A stretch of DNA of 64,000 bases from Lachnospiraceae bacterium (GCA_017427415.1 JAFRSU010000086.1:12547-76546), one strand, 5' to 3'; positions 54,375 to 62,772 are shown, counted from the first letter of the stretch. Notes: generated from the letters alone by a model not told the origin. Numbers and translations are program-made.

Positions 54375-55097
54375 TTGAAAAAAGAAGAAAAAAAGAAACT
54401 GCCCACGCATGTGGCTATAATCATGGACGGCAACGGAAGATGGGCTAAAAAAAGGTTGCTGCCGCGTGCGATGGGACACTCGGCGGGTGCAAAAAATGTT
54501 GAGCCCATGTGTAAGGCAGCATGGGATCTCGGTATAAAATATCTGACGGTATATGCGTTTTCCACCGAAAACTGGACCAGATCCGACGATGAAGTAAGTA
54601 CGCTGATGAAGCTGCTTAAAGACTACTTGGTGGGTTGTATAGAGAAAAGCCGGAAGAATAACATGCGTGTTCGCGTGATAGGCGATGTATCGAGGCTTTC
54701 GAAGGATCTGCAGGACGCCATAACACGTTTGGAGGATTATTCCAAAGATTTTGACGGACTGCAATTCCAGGTAGCCCTTAATTACGGCGGCAGGGATGAT
54801 ATCGTAAGAGCTGTTAAGAAGATATCTGAGAAAGTTAAATCCGGTGAAATATCTGAAGATCAAATTACTGAATCTATGGTATCGGGGAGTCTGGACACTT
54901 ATGAGATACCCGATCCGGACCTGCTAATCCGAACCAGCGGTGAGCTTAGGATATCTAACTTCATGCTTTGGCAGCTTGCATATACCGAGATGTATTTTAC
55001 GGATGTATACTGGCCTGATTTTGATAAGAAAGAGCTTGAGAAAGCATTAGAATATTACGCAAACCGTGACAGAAGATTCGGTGGCCGTAAGAGTTGA
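54375..55097 (+). CDS. uppS: undecaprenyl diphosphate synthase
   Basis: HVAIIMDGNGRWA, FSTENW, RTSGE.R.SNF and LWQ..YTE. TTG start with AGGTGA upstream. Confidence 0.95.
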   Translation: MKKEEKKKLPTHVAIIMDGNGRWAKKRLLPRAMGHSAGAKNVEPMCKAAWDLGIKYLTVYAFSTENWTRSDDEVSTLMKLLKDYLVGCIEKSRKNNMRVRVIGDVSRLSKDLQDAITRLEDYSKDFDGLQFQVALNYGGRDDIVRAVKKISEKVKSGEISEDQITESMVSGSLDTYEIPDPDLLIRTSGELRISNFMLWQLAYTEMYFTDVYWPDFDKKELEKALEYYANRDRRFGGRKS

Positions 55098-55099
55098 TA

Positions 55100-55129
55100 A
55101 AGATCCTTCGCTACGCTCAGGATGACATT
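55100..55129. repeat. GTCATCC...AAGGATC family copy (inverted)
   Basis: AAGATCCTTCGCTACGCTCAGGATGACATT, directly after the uppS stop. Confidence 0.75.
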
Positions 55130-55184
55130 TTTTATCAGGAGACAGGATAATATAGGAAAAAAGTAACAAGATTGGAATGTAATA

Positions 55185-56081
55185 ATGGGAAAAGATATTA
55201 ACAATGATAATTCATTTATGATACGTTTTAGAAGCTCTGTGATATTAATGGCTGTTGCTATCACTGCCATGGTACTCGGAAGCTATACTTTGTTCGGAGT
55301 GATCGTTCTTATCACAATGATCGGTCTTATGGAATTATACAGGGTTGTCGGCGTAAATAAATCTAAAGCCGGTGCAGTCGGGTATATTATTGCGGTTTTA
55401 TATTTTATACACCAGTTTTTTACTAACTTTTACATGCACAGTATTAATATTGGTGAGTTTATACAAAACCATAATCTGCTATTTAAAATATGGAACAATG
55501 CATTTGCTATAATAATTGCTCTTTTGATCATTTTAATATTGGCTGTATATGTGCTTACTTTTCCTAAGTATAATTCAGAGCAGATAACGATGGTCGTCTT
55601 CGGATTTTTCTATGTCGTAATGCCGCTTATGTATATTTTCCAGACCAGACAATTGTCAGGCGGAGAATACGCCGTATGGCTGATATTTATAGGTTCATGG
55701 GGATCGGATACCATGGCTTATGTTGTTGGACGTAAAATAGGAAAGACCAAGATCGCACCGAAGCTTTCACCTAAAAAATCACTTGAAGGACTGATCGGCG
55801 GTATTGTAGGAGCAGCTCTTATCGGTGTTATATTTGCAATTATCTTTAAGAGCCAGCTTGAAGAAAGCTTTTCAAATCCGATTCTGCTATTCGGACTTAC
55901 AGGTGCTATCGGTTCTGTAGTATCACAAATCGGCGATATGGCGGCATCTGCTATAAAGAGAAATAAAGGTATCAAGGATTACGGAACACTTATCCCCGGT
56001 CACGGCGGTATATTAGACAGATTTGACAGTGTTATATTTATAGCACCGATCGTTTATTTTATGTTAACTGTATTTGCGTGA
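55185..56081 (+). CDS. cdsA: phosphatidate cytidylyltransferase
   Basis: Multi-TM protein with SDTMAY..GR..GK, KISPKKS.EG and PGHGG.LDRFDS. Confidence 0.9.
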   Translation: MGKDINNDNSFMIRFRSSVILMAVAITAMVLGSYTLFGVIVLITMIGLMELYRVVGVNKSKAGAVGYIIAVLYFIHQFFTNFYMHSINIGEFIQNHNLLFKIWNNAFAIIIALLIILILAVYVLTFPKYNSEQITMVVFGFFYVVMPLMYIFQTRQLSGGEYAVWLIFIGSWGSDTMAYVVGRKIGKTKIAPKLSPKKSLEGLIGGIVGAALIGVIFAIIFKSQLEESFSNPILLFGLTGAIGSVVSQIGDMAASAIKRNKGIKDYGTLIPGHGGILDRFDSVIFIAPIVYFMLTVFA

Positions 56082-56084
56082 AAT

Positions 56085-56113
56085 AAGATTCTTCGCTGCG
56101 CTCAGAATGACAT
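56085..56113. repeat. GTCATCC...AAGGATC family copy (inverted, degenerate)
   Basis: AAGATTCTTCGCTGCGCTCAGAATGACAT, directly after the cdsA stop. Confidence 0.7.
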
Positions 56114-56153
56114 AAATATCAGAATGACATAAATATCAGAATGACATAATATT
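56103..56153 (+). repeat. three tandem copies of a 17-bp unit derived from the repeat terminus
   Basis: CAGAATGACATAAATAT at 56103 and 56120, with a degenerate copy at 56137. Confidence 0.85.
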
Positions 56154-56172
56154 CAAAGAAAGGAAACGAGAA

Positions 56173-57786
56173 ATGTACGCATGTCCCAATTGTTCGGGCA
56201 ATCTGAAATTTAACATTGAGAAACAGGCGCTTTTTTGCGATTTCTGTAATGCTGTTGTCGATCCTTATTCGGTAGTAAAGGAAAGAGATGCCGAAGAAGG
56301 CGATCTAAAGGTAAGGGATGACGCTCAAAATGTAAGTATGCTTTTCTATGATGAGTGTCCCGGATGCGGTGCTAAAAGAGAAGGCGATGAGACAGTATGC
56401 TCATATTGCGGCACGAGTCTGGCTAAGCCCGTACAGCAGGCTGTAAAGGACTTTGGAAATGATGCCGAGGATTATTATGATGTTACATCATTTATATGTC
56501 CCCAGTGCGGCGGCGAGATCATCACAGAGGACAACGAAGCCGCAGCTTTCTGCAGTTTCTGCGGTGCTTCAACCATCTTGGACAGAAGGATCGGCAGAGC
56601 CAGAAGACCTAAATACATCATACCCTTTAAGAAAACCAAAAAAGACTGTATGGATGCATACGGAAGATTTATGAAGAGTGCATTCTTTGCTCCTTCTGAA
56701 ATGAAGAGTGAAAAGTGCGTAGATTCATTCCGTGGTATATATATGCCTTTCTGGACTTACGATACTTCAAAAAACGGCAACGTTTCCATGAACGGTACCA
56801 GGGTATATCACAGGGGTGATTATAAATATACCGAAAATCATGCATTATCTGCCGATATATCCATGGAATATGATAACGTATCCTTCGATGCATCAAGTAA
56901 TTTCGCAGATAACTTAAGCCAGGGTATCTCGCCTTTCGATCAGTCTGTACAGCAGCCGTTCACACCTTCATTCTTGAGCGGTTTTTATGCCGATACCAAT
57001 GATGTGACCGACAGCATATATCAGGAGGATGCAAGGAAGCTTATCGCAAGAGATGCATTCAAGAAGTTTAAAAACATCCAGGGTTTCGGAAAATACGGAC
57101 TCTCGGGCGATAATAACGTAAATAAGCTTCTTCCCGATGTACATGACAGATTCCTAACCATGCTTCCTGTATGGTTCATGAGTATCAGGTCCAAGGACAA
57201 AAAGGGTGAGGACAGAGTATCCTATACGGTAGTAAACGGACAGACCGGAAAAATAGTGGGTGATGTTCCTATTTCCTTAAAGAAATACGGTATTGCAGCC
57301 ACGGTACTTTCGCTTATATTGTTTGTATTACTTAACTTCATACTTGATTTTACTTTAGTACCCAAAACAGCCTTGTTTATCTCTGCCGTAGTTGCATTTA
57401 TCATGGCCGGTATATTCTCAAGCCATGAGTCAAAGATAGTGGACAGAGAGCTCGGTGACGACGATAAAGGCTTACTGCAGATAAAACGCTCAAAAGAAGA
57501 GCCTTCAAACAATATCGCGTTAAAGAAAAAACAGGAACAGCAGTTAAAGAAGAGCATGAAAGAAAAGAGCTACTTCTGGATCCCGCTTATAATCAGCGGT
57601 CTGATATTAGGTGCCGAGTTTACCGTAGGTTTAGTTTCTGATATGTGGTTCTATGGCGGTGCTATAGCTGTAATGGCTTACACCGTATGGTGTGTAATAA
57701 GGATAGTCAGCAGATATAACAGACTTACTACACGTAAGCTGCCTCAGTTCAACAGGAGTGGAGGTGATGACAGTGCAAAGATTTAA
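56173..57786 (+). CDS. triple zinc-ribbon membrane protein, paralog of 49625-50710
   Basis: CPNCSG..CDFCNA, CPGCGA..CSYCGT and CPQCGG..CSFCGA. Blocks shared with the paralog: P.(F/Y)IIPFK, G(V/I)Y(V/M)PFW and NGQTGK(F/I)VG. There are 3-4 C-terminal TM helices. Confidence 0.7.
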   Translation: MYACPNCSGNLKFNIEKQALFCDFCNAVVDPYSVVKERDAEEGDLKVRDDAQNVSMLFYDECPGCGAKREGDETVCSYCGTSLAKPVQQAVKDFGNDAEDYYDVTSFICPQCGGEIITEDNEAAAFCSFCGASTILDRRIGRARRPKYIIPFKKTKKDCMDAYGRFMKSAFFAPSEMKSEKCVDSFRGIYMPFWTYDTSKNGNVSMNGTRVYHRGDYKYTENHALSADISMEYDNVSFDASSNFADNLSQGISPFDQSVQQPFTPSFLSGFYADTNDVTDSIYQEDARKLIARDAFKKFKNIQGFGKYGLSGDNNVNKLLPDVHDRFLTMLPVWFMSIRSKDKKGEDRVSYTVVNGQTGKIVGDVPISLKKYGIAATVLSLILFVLLNFILDFTLVPKTALFISAVVAFIMAGIFSSHESKIVDRELGDDDKGLLQIKRSKEEPSNNIALKKKQEQQLKKSMKEKSYFWIPLIISGLILGAEFTVGLVSDMWFYGGAIAVMAYTVWCVIRIVSRYNRLTTRKLPQFNRSGGDDSAKI

Positions 57787-58564
57787 AAGATTATTGGCGA
57801 TTTTTGTTTTAGTTCTGGCAGTCATCGCTGTCATCAGACCTGTCGGCTTACAAGCCGGCGATATCAAAGAAAATGAAGCTACTTACTATGGCGCAATGGT
57901 ACTGGATGATGCAGAGCTTTTCACCAAAAATGAAGAAGCTGCACTTCTTGAAAAAGCTTACGACTTGACCGAATATGCCGATGTTTTCGTAGTAACGGTA
58001 GCAAAAGGACAGAATCCTTACGGTTCTTCTGAAAGTTCAACTAAAAAGTATGGTGATGCGATCTACCTTGATTACAGCAATAATAACAGCTGTATCATGT
58101 TCATCATCGACATGCATACCAGGTATATCTATGTATACAGATACGGCAAAGCGGAAAAGTCTTTAACTTCCGGAAAATGTGATTCCATTACCGATAATGT
58201 ATATGATTATGCTTCTGATGGTGATTATTACAATTGTGCTTCATTTGGACTCGAACAGATAGGTAAAGTCCTGAACGGTGAAAAGATTGCCGAACCCATG
58301 AAGGTTGCGAGCAACTTCTTTATCGCTTTTGTAATAGGCTTTGTTGTTATGTATCTTGTAGCATTAGGAAAATCAAAGGTTAGTACGACCAGTGACAGTG
58401 AAATGCTCAAATATGCTGCTATCAGTTTTGCAGCCAACAATACAAAGGATGTAGTGACAGGTACCACCAAGACATATTGTCCGAGAAGCTCCGGAGGCAG
58501 CGGCGGTCGTAGTGGCGGTGGAGGAGGATTCCACGGCGGCGGTGGCGGAGGCCACAGATTCTGA
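57767..58564 (+). CDS. TPM-domain membrane protein with Gly-rich tail
   Basis: Signal anchor, then VLDDAELFTKNEEAALLEKAYDLTEY...FIIDMHTRYIYVY (TPM pattern), a TM helix, and the tail GGSGGRSGGGGGFHGGGGGGHRF. It overlaps the previous gene by 20 nt. Confidence 0.7.
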   Translation: MTVQRFKRLLAIFVLVLAVIAVIRPVGLQAGDIKENEATYYGAMVLDDAELFTKNEEAALLEKAYDLTEYADVFVVTVAKGQNPYGSSESSTKKYGDAIYLDYSNNNSCIMFIIDMHTRYIYVYRYGKAEKSLTSGKCDSITDNVYDYASDGDYYNCASFGLEQIGKVLNGEKIAEPMKVASNFFIAFVIGFVVMYLVALGKSKVSTTSDSEMLKYAAISFAANNTKDVVTGTTKTYCPRSSGGSGGRSGGGGGFHGGGGGGHRF

Positions 58565-58628
58565 TATGGTATAATAATTTGTGCAGTATTTTAAAGATAC
58601 TTGTATTATCCGAGGTTAAGTTTGAAAG

Positions 58629-59798
58629 ATGAAAAATTTATGTCTGCTCGGGTCTACCGGTTCCATAGGCCGTCAGACCTTAGATATAGTGCACAGACAC
58701 GGCGGATTTAAGATTACGTCACTTGCTGCCAACAGTAATATTGACCTTTTGGAGCAGCAGATAGATGCGATACATCCGAAAAAAGTCTGTGTATATGACA
58801 AAGAAAAAGCCGGGATACTTGCCAACCGGTTAAAAAACAACTCTACAGAGGTCCTTTCAGGAATGGAAGGACTTCTTGAAATAGCGGGAGACAGTTCCAA
58901 TGACTTAACTGTAACCGCGATAGTCGGCATGATAGGTATAAATCCTACACTTGCCGCTATAGAGGCAGGCTGTGATGTAGCTTTGGCCAATAAAGAGACC
59001 TTGGTCACTGCGGGGCATATCATCATGAAGGCTGTAAAAGAGCATAAGGTTAAGCTTCTCCCCATAGACAGCGAGCACTCGGCCATATTCCAGTGCCTGC
59101 AGGGAAAGTACGGTCCTACAGGAGATTATGCCGCATGGAATGGCAGTCCTATCGTAGAAAAGATACTTCTTACATGCTCTGGCGGACCTTTCAGAGGATT
59201 AAGCTATGAAGAGTTAAGGAACAAGACGGCCGCAGATGCATTAAAGCATCCTAACTGGTCCATGGGCAACAAGATTACCATAGATTCAGCTACTTTGGTC
59301 AACAAAGCATTGGAAGTTATGGAAGCCAAATGGCTTTTTATGACCGACGTCGATAAGATACAGGTAGTCATACAGCCTAAGAGCATCATACATTCCGCAG
59401 TGCAGTTTGTGGACGGATCGATAGTCGCCCAGATCGGTGTGCCCGATATGAGACTTCCCATCCAGTATGCGTTGTATTATCCTGAGAGACTTCCCCTAGA
59501 CTGCGGAAGAGTGGACCTGTTTGACCTTGCCAAGATCGAGTTTTATAAACCCGACTATGATACGTTTAAGGGACTTAAGCTCGGTATAGAAGCAGCCAAA
59601 ACATGCGGCAGTATCTGTACAGTATTCAATGCGGCAAATGAGTATGCCGTAGGCAGGTTTTTAAAGGGTGAGATAGGATTTACTGATATCTATGATATCA
59701 TAGAGCATTGCATGGCTATGCACAAGAATATCGCCGAGCCCACGCTCGAAGAAGTACTTGGGGCTGAAGCGGAAGCTATCGAAAATGCAAAAATGTGA
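58629..59798 (+). CDS. dxr: 1-deoxy-D-xylulose 5-phosphate reductoisomerase
   Basis: LLGSTGSIG.QTLD, LANKE, PIDSEHSAIFQC, SGGPFR and HPNWSMG. Confidence 0.95.
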   Translation: MKNLCLLGSTGSIGRQTLDIVHRHGGFKITSLAANSNIDLLEQQIDAIHPKKVCVYDKEKAGILANRLKNNSTEVLSGMEGLLEIAGDSSNDLTVTAIVGMIGINPTLAAIEAGCDVALANKETLVTAGHIIMKAVKEHKVKLLPIDSEHSAIFQCLQGKYGPTGDYAAWNGSPIVEKILLTCSGGPFRGLSYEELRNKTAADALKHPNWSMGNKITIDSATLVNKALEVMEAKWLFMTDVDKIQVVIQPKSIIHSAVQFVDGSIVAQIGVPDMRLPIQYALYYPERLPLDCGRVDLFDLAKIEFYKPDYDTFKGLKLGIEAAKTCGSICTVFNAANEYAVGRFLKGEIGFTDIYDIIEHCMAMHKNIAEPTLEEVLGAEAEAIENAKM

Positions 59799-59806
59799 CA
59801 AGGGGA
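59794..59806. repeat. half copy of the GTGACA-family repeat spanning the dxr stop codon
   Basis: TGTGACAAGGGGA equals the first 13 nt of copy A. It supplies the TGA stop of dxr and a purine-rich stretch 4 nt before the rseP ATG. Confidence 0.4.
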
Positions 59807-59810
59807 TTTT

Positions 59811-61184
59811 ATGAACACAGTAGTAAGTATTATTATCGGAATATTGTTATTCAGTATAATCATCATATTCCATGAGTTAGGGCATCTTATAGTGGCTAAA
59901 AAAAACGGGATCAAGGTCCCGGAGTTTATGCTCGGTATGGGTCCTAAGCTATTCAGTTTTAAAAAAGGTGATACGGTATATTCCTTGAGGCTGTTCTTAA
60001 TAGGCGGTGCCTGCCAGATGCTTGGTGAGGATACCGACAGCATGGAAGAGGGTTCCTTCAATTCAAAAGGTCCCTGGGCAAGATTCGCTACTATATTTGC
60101 CGGTCCGTTCTTTAACTTTATCCTGGCTTTTATTTTTTCTGCTGTGATAATAGGTATAATCGGATTTGACGAGCCTGCTGTTACAAATATTAAGGAAAAT
60201 TCTCCGGTTACTACGGCTACTTATACCAATGTTGACGATCCTTCGGATTCCGTGACCGGAATAAAGGTCGGAGATATCGTTACAAAATACGACGGTATGA
60301 GCGTAACGCTTTCGAGAGAGCTTCTTTATCATTTTGTACTTAACAACATGGGCCTTGATCCGATCGAGATAGAATTTGAGAGAGACGGAAAAACATACCG
60401 CGGTACTGTACAGCCCACAGTATTTAAGAAATACACTATCGGTTTTTCATATAATGCGGATGACAATGAGTGTAAGATCGGCGAAGTCACCGACGGCGGC
60501 GTACTGGATAAGTTGGGAGTACGTTCAGGTGACGTGATTATAAAAGTAAACGGTACCGATATCCCTTCCGGAAAGGCCATGAATGAGTACCTGAAAAACA
60601 ATCCTTTAGACGGCAGCGTCATCGAAATGGTGATCACGCACAAAGGGAATGCTTATACTTACCAGGTACAGCCCGTATACAGCGAGAGCTGTGTATCTCC
60701 GAGATATTTTGACAACAGTATGGGATTCTACTTCGATCACAACTCTTCAAGAGTAAAGGGCAACCCTCTGCAGGTATTAAAGTACTCGCTGTATGAAGTA
60801 AAATTCCAGATATCGACCACTATCAAGGCTTTAGGTAAGCTCATCACAGGTCAGATAAGCCTTAAAAACAATGTGGGCGGTCCTGTCAGGATAGTATCCG
60901 AGCTTGACAATACCATCCAGGAGTCCAAGGAAGACGGTATACTTTACGTTATCCTTAACCTGCTTAATTTTGCGATACTCTTAAGTGCCAACTTAGGCGT
61001 GATGAACCTGCTCCCTCTGCCTGCACTTGATGGCGGAAGGCTGATATTCATCATTATCGAGCTTATATTTAAGAAGCCCATCCCTAAGGAGAAGGAGGGT
61101 ATCGTACATGCTATAGGACTTGTTTTCTTCTTGGTGCTGATGGTACTGGTACTCTTCAATGATATAAGGTACGTGTTCTTCTAA
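59811..61184 (+). CDS. rseP: RIP metalloprotease RseP/RasP (M50)
   Basis: HELGH in TM1, PDZ-containing middle region and NLLPLPALDGG. Confidence 0.9.
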   Translation: MNTVVSIIIGILLFSIIIIFHELGHLIVAKKNGIKVPEFMLGMGPKLFSFKKGDTVYSLRLFLIGGACQMLGEDTDSMEEGSFNSKGPWARFATIFAGPFFNFILAFIFSAVIIGIIGFDEPAVTNIKENSPVTTATYTNVDDPSDSVTGIKVGDIVTKYDGMSVTLSRELLYHFVLNNMGLDPIEIEFERDGKTYRGTVQPTVFKKYTIGFSYNADDNECKIGEVTDGGVLDKLGVRSGDVIIKVNGTDIPSGKAMNEYLKNNPLDGSVIEMVITHKGNAYTYQVQPVYSESCVSPRYFDNSMGFYFDHNSSRVKGNPLQVLKYSLYEVKFQISTTIKALGKLITGQISLKNNVGGPVRIVSELDNTIQESKEDGILYVILNLLNFAILLSANLGVMNLLPLPALDGGRLIFIIIELIFKKPIPKEKEGIVHAIGLVFFLVLMVLVLFNDIRYVFF

Positions 61185-61217
61185 AATCCTTCTCAGACGT
61201 TTTTGCAGCGAGCAAAT
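61183..61217 (+). repeat. 35-bp direct repeat, copy 1
   Basis: AAAATCCTTCTCAGACGTTTTTGCAGCGAGCAAAT recurs at 61350-61384 with one mismatch. Confidence 0.85.
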
Positions 61218-61505
61218 GTGACAGGGGGACGGTTCTTCTGTCACATAAAAATGCAATATCGGTCAGTCTCAGATATATTCCGTTACATCGCTCGTAAGGC
61301 GGATTTTGCATATTATACTTTTTGTCTTATTTATACATACTTTATATGCAAAATCCTTCTCAGACATTTTTGCAGCGAGCAAATACGGCTCGCTAACCGC
61401 AAAAAGTCTGCGCTGCGCGGATAGCGAGTAACGAAACATATCTGAGCCTGACCTTACATAACTGGAATTATAAAAATGTGACAGTAGAACCGTCCCCCTG
61501 TCACA
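61217..61505. repeat. 289-bp foldback (MITE-like) element bounded by inverted GTGACA-family copies E and F
   Basis: E (61217-61245) matches the reverse complement of F (61477-61505) at 28 of 29 positions. Internal pairings are 61261-61276 with 61438-61453 (15/16) and 61301-61313 with 61344-61356 (13/13). Confidence 0.7.
61350..61384 (+). repeat. 35-bp direct repeat, copy 2 (inside the foldback element)
   Basis: AAAATCCTTCTCAGACATTTTTGCAGCGAGCAAAT. It is followed by CTAACCGCAAAAAG (61393-61406), which recurs as CTAACCGCAAAAAAG at 61506-61520. Confidence 0.85.
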
Positions 61506-61542
61506 CTAACCGCAAAAAAGTATTTTGGGGTAAAGGAATAGT

Positions 61543-62607
61543 ATGGAAAGAAAACTTACAAGAGAAGTTAAAATAGGTAATGTTAAGATCGGCAATAATA
61601 ATCCGATTGCTATACAGTCTATGTGCAATACCAAGACTGAAGATGTGGATGCGACTGTAGCCCAGATATTAATGCTTGAGGCTGCGGGCTGTGATATTAT
61701 CAGGTGTGCGGTGCCTCACATGGAGGCTGCTAAGGCTTTTTCAGAGATAAAGAAGAAGATACATATCCCGCTTGTGGCAGATATCCATTTTGACTATAAG
61801 CTGGCTATAGCTGCCATCGAAAACGGTGCTGATAAGGTTAGGATCAATCCCGGTAATATCGGCTCGGAAGATAAGGTGCGTGAGGTAGTGGCTGCCGCTA
61901 AAGCTTATGGGATACCGTTAAGAGTGGGTGTAAACGGCGGTTCACTTGAAAAGGACCTGCTCGAAAAATATGGGCATGTTACTGCCGAGGCGCTTGTTGA
62001 AAGTGCATTAAAGCAGGTGGATGCTTTAGAAAGGTATAACTTTGAAAATATAGTCATCAGTATCAAGTCCTCGAATGTCATGCTTTCCATCAAGGCTCAT
62101 GAGCTGATATCGGAAAAAGTGGATTACCCGCTGCATGTAGGTATCACCGAGACAGGGCTTTTATCGGAAGGAAGCATAAAGTCTGCTGTAGGCATAGGTG
62201 TCATATTATATGAAGGTATAGGCGATACTATAAGGGTATCACTTACCGATGACCCCATCCATGAGGTTGAGACCGCCAAGTCCATACTTAAGAACTTAGG
62301 TCTCAGGAGCGGCGGCATCAACTTAGTATCCTGTCCTACATGCGGCAGGACCAATATCGACCTGATAGGACTGGCAGGCAAGGTACAGGAGATTATAAAG
62401 ACATATCCTGCCACAGATAAGGATATAAAAGTAGCCGTAATGGGCTGCGTGGTAAACGGTCCCGGAGAAGCGAGAGAAGCCGACTTGGGTATAGCCGGTG
62501 GAAAGGGAGAGGGCCTGATATTTAAAAAGGGCGAGATCATAAAGAAAGTGCCCGAGGAGAACCTTCTTTCAGAGTTCAAGATAGAACTTGACCGGCTGTT
62601 ACTATAA
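61543..62607 (+). CDS. ispG: 4-hydroxy-3-methylbut-2-en-1-yl diphosphate synthase
   Basis: IAIQSMCNT, RINPGNIG, SCPTCGR and GCVVNGPGE. Confidence 0.95.
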   Translation: MERKLTREVKIGNVKIGNNNPIAIQSMCNTKTEDVDATVAQILMLEAAGCDIIRCAVPHMEAAKAFSEIKKKIHIPLVADIHFDYKLAIAAIENGADKVRINPGNIGSEDKVREVVAAAKAYGIPLRVGVNGGSLEKDLLEKYGHVTAEALVESALKQVDALERYNFENIVISIKSSNVMLSIKAHELISEKVDYPLHVGITETGLLSEGSIKSAVGIGVILYEGIGDTIRVSLTDDPIHEVETAKSILKNLGLRSGGINLVSCPTCGRTNIDLIGLAGKVQEIIKTYPATDKDIKVAVMGCVVNGPGEAREADLGIAGGKGEGLIFKKGEIIKKVPEENLLSEFKIELDRLLL

Positions 62608-62704
62608 TTTTTCATGTATCTTAAATAGTATTTCACCTCATCCATCTCCTTGATGGATACAAGGTTCCGTCAGTTTCGCTGATGCCTTATGACTTTCGGC
62701 GGTA

Positions 62705-62731
62705 CCTTCCCTTTGCCAGGGAGGGCTTTGT
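62705..62731 (+). terminator. terminator/attenuator-like hairpin between ispG and polC
   Basis: CCTTCCCT-TTGCC-AGGGAGGG (one G-U pair), followed by CTTTGTT. Confidence 0.4.
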
Positions 62732-62772
62732 TATATGCAGCAAGAGTTTTACACTGCTACAAGGAGTAATTT

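Noticed and set aside
56103-56153. Tandem repeats and the various palindromic repeats as a CRISPR array.
   Set aside because: The units are 17 bp and directly abutting, with no spacers. The other repeat copies are dispersed singly across the window, and no cas genes are present.
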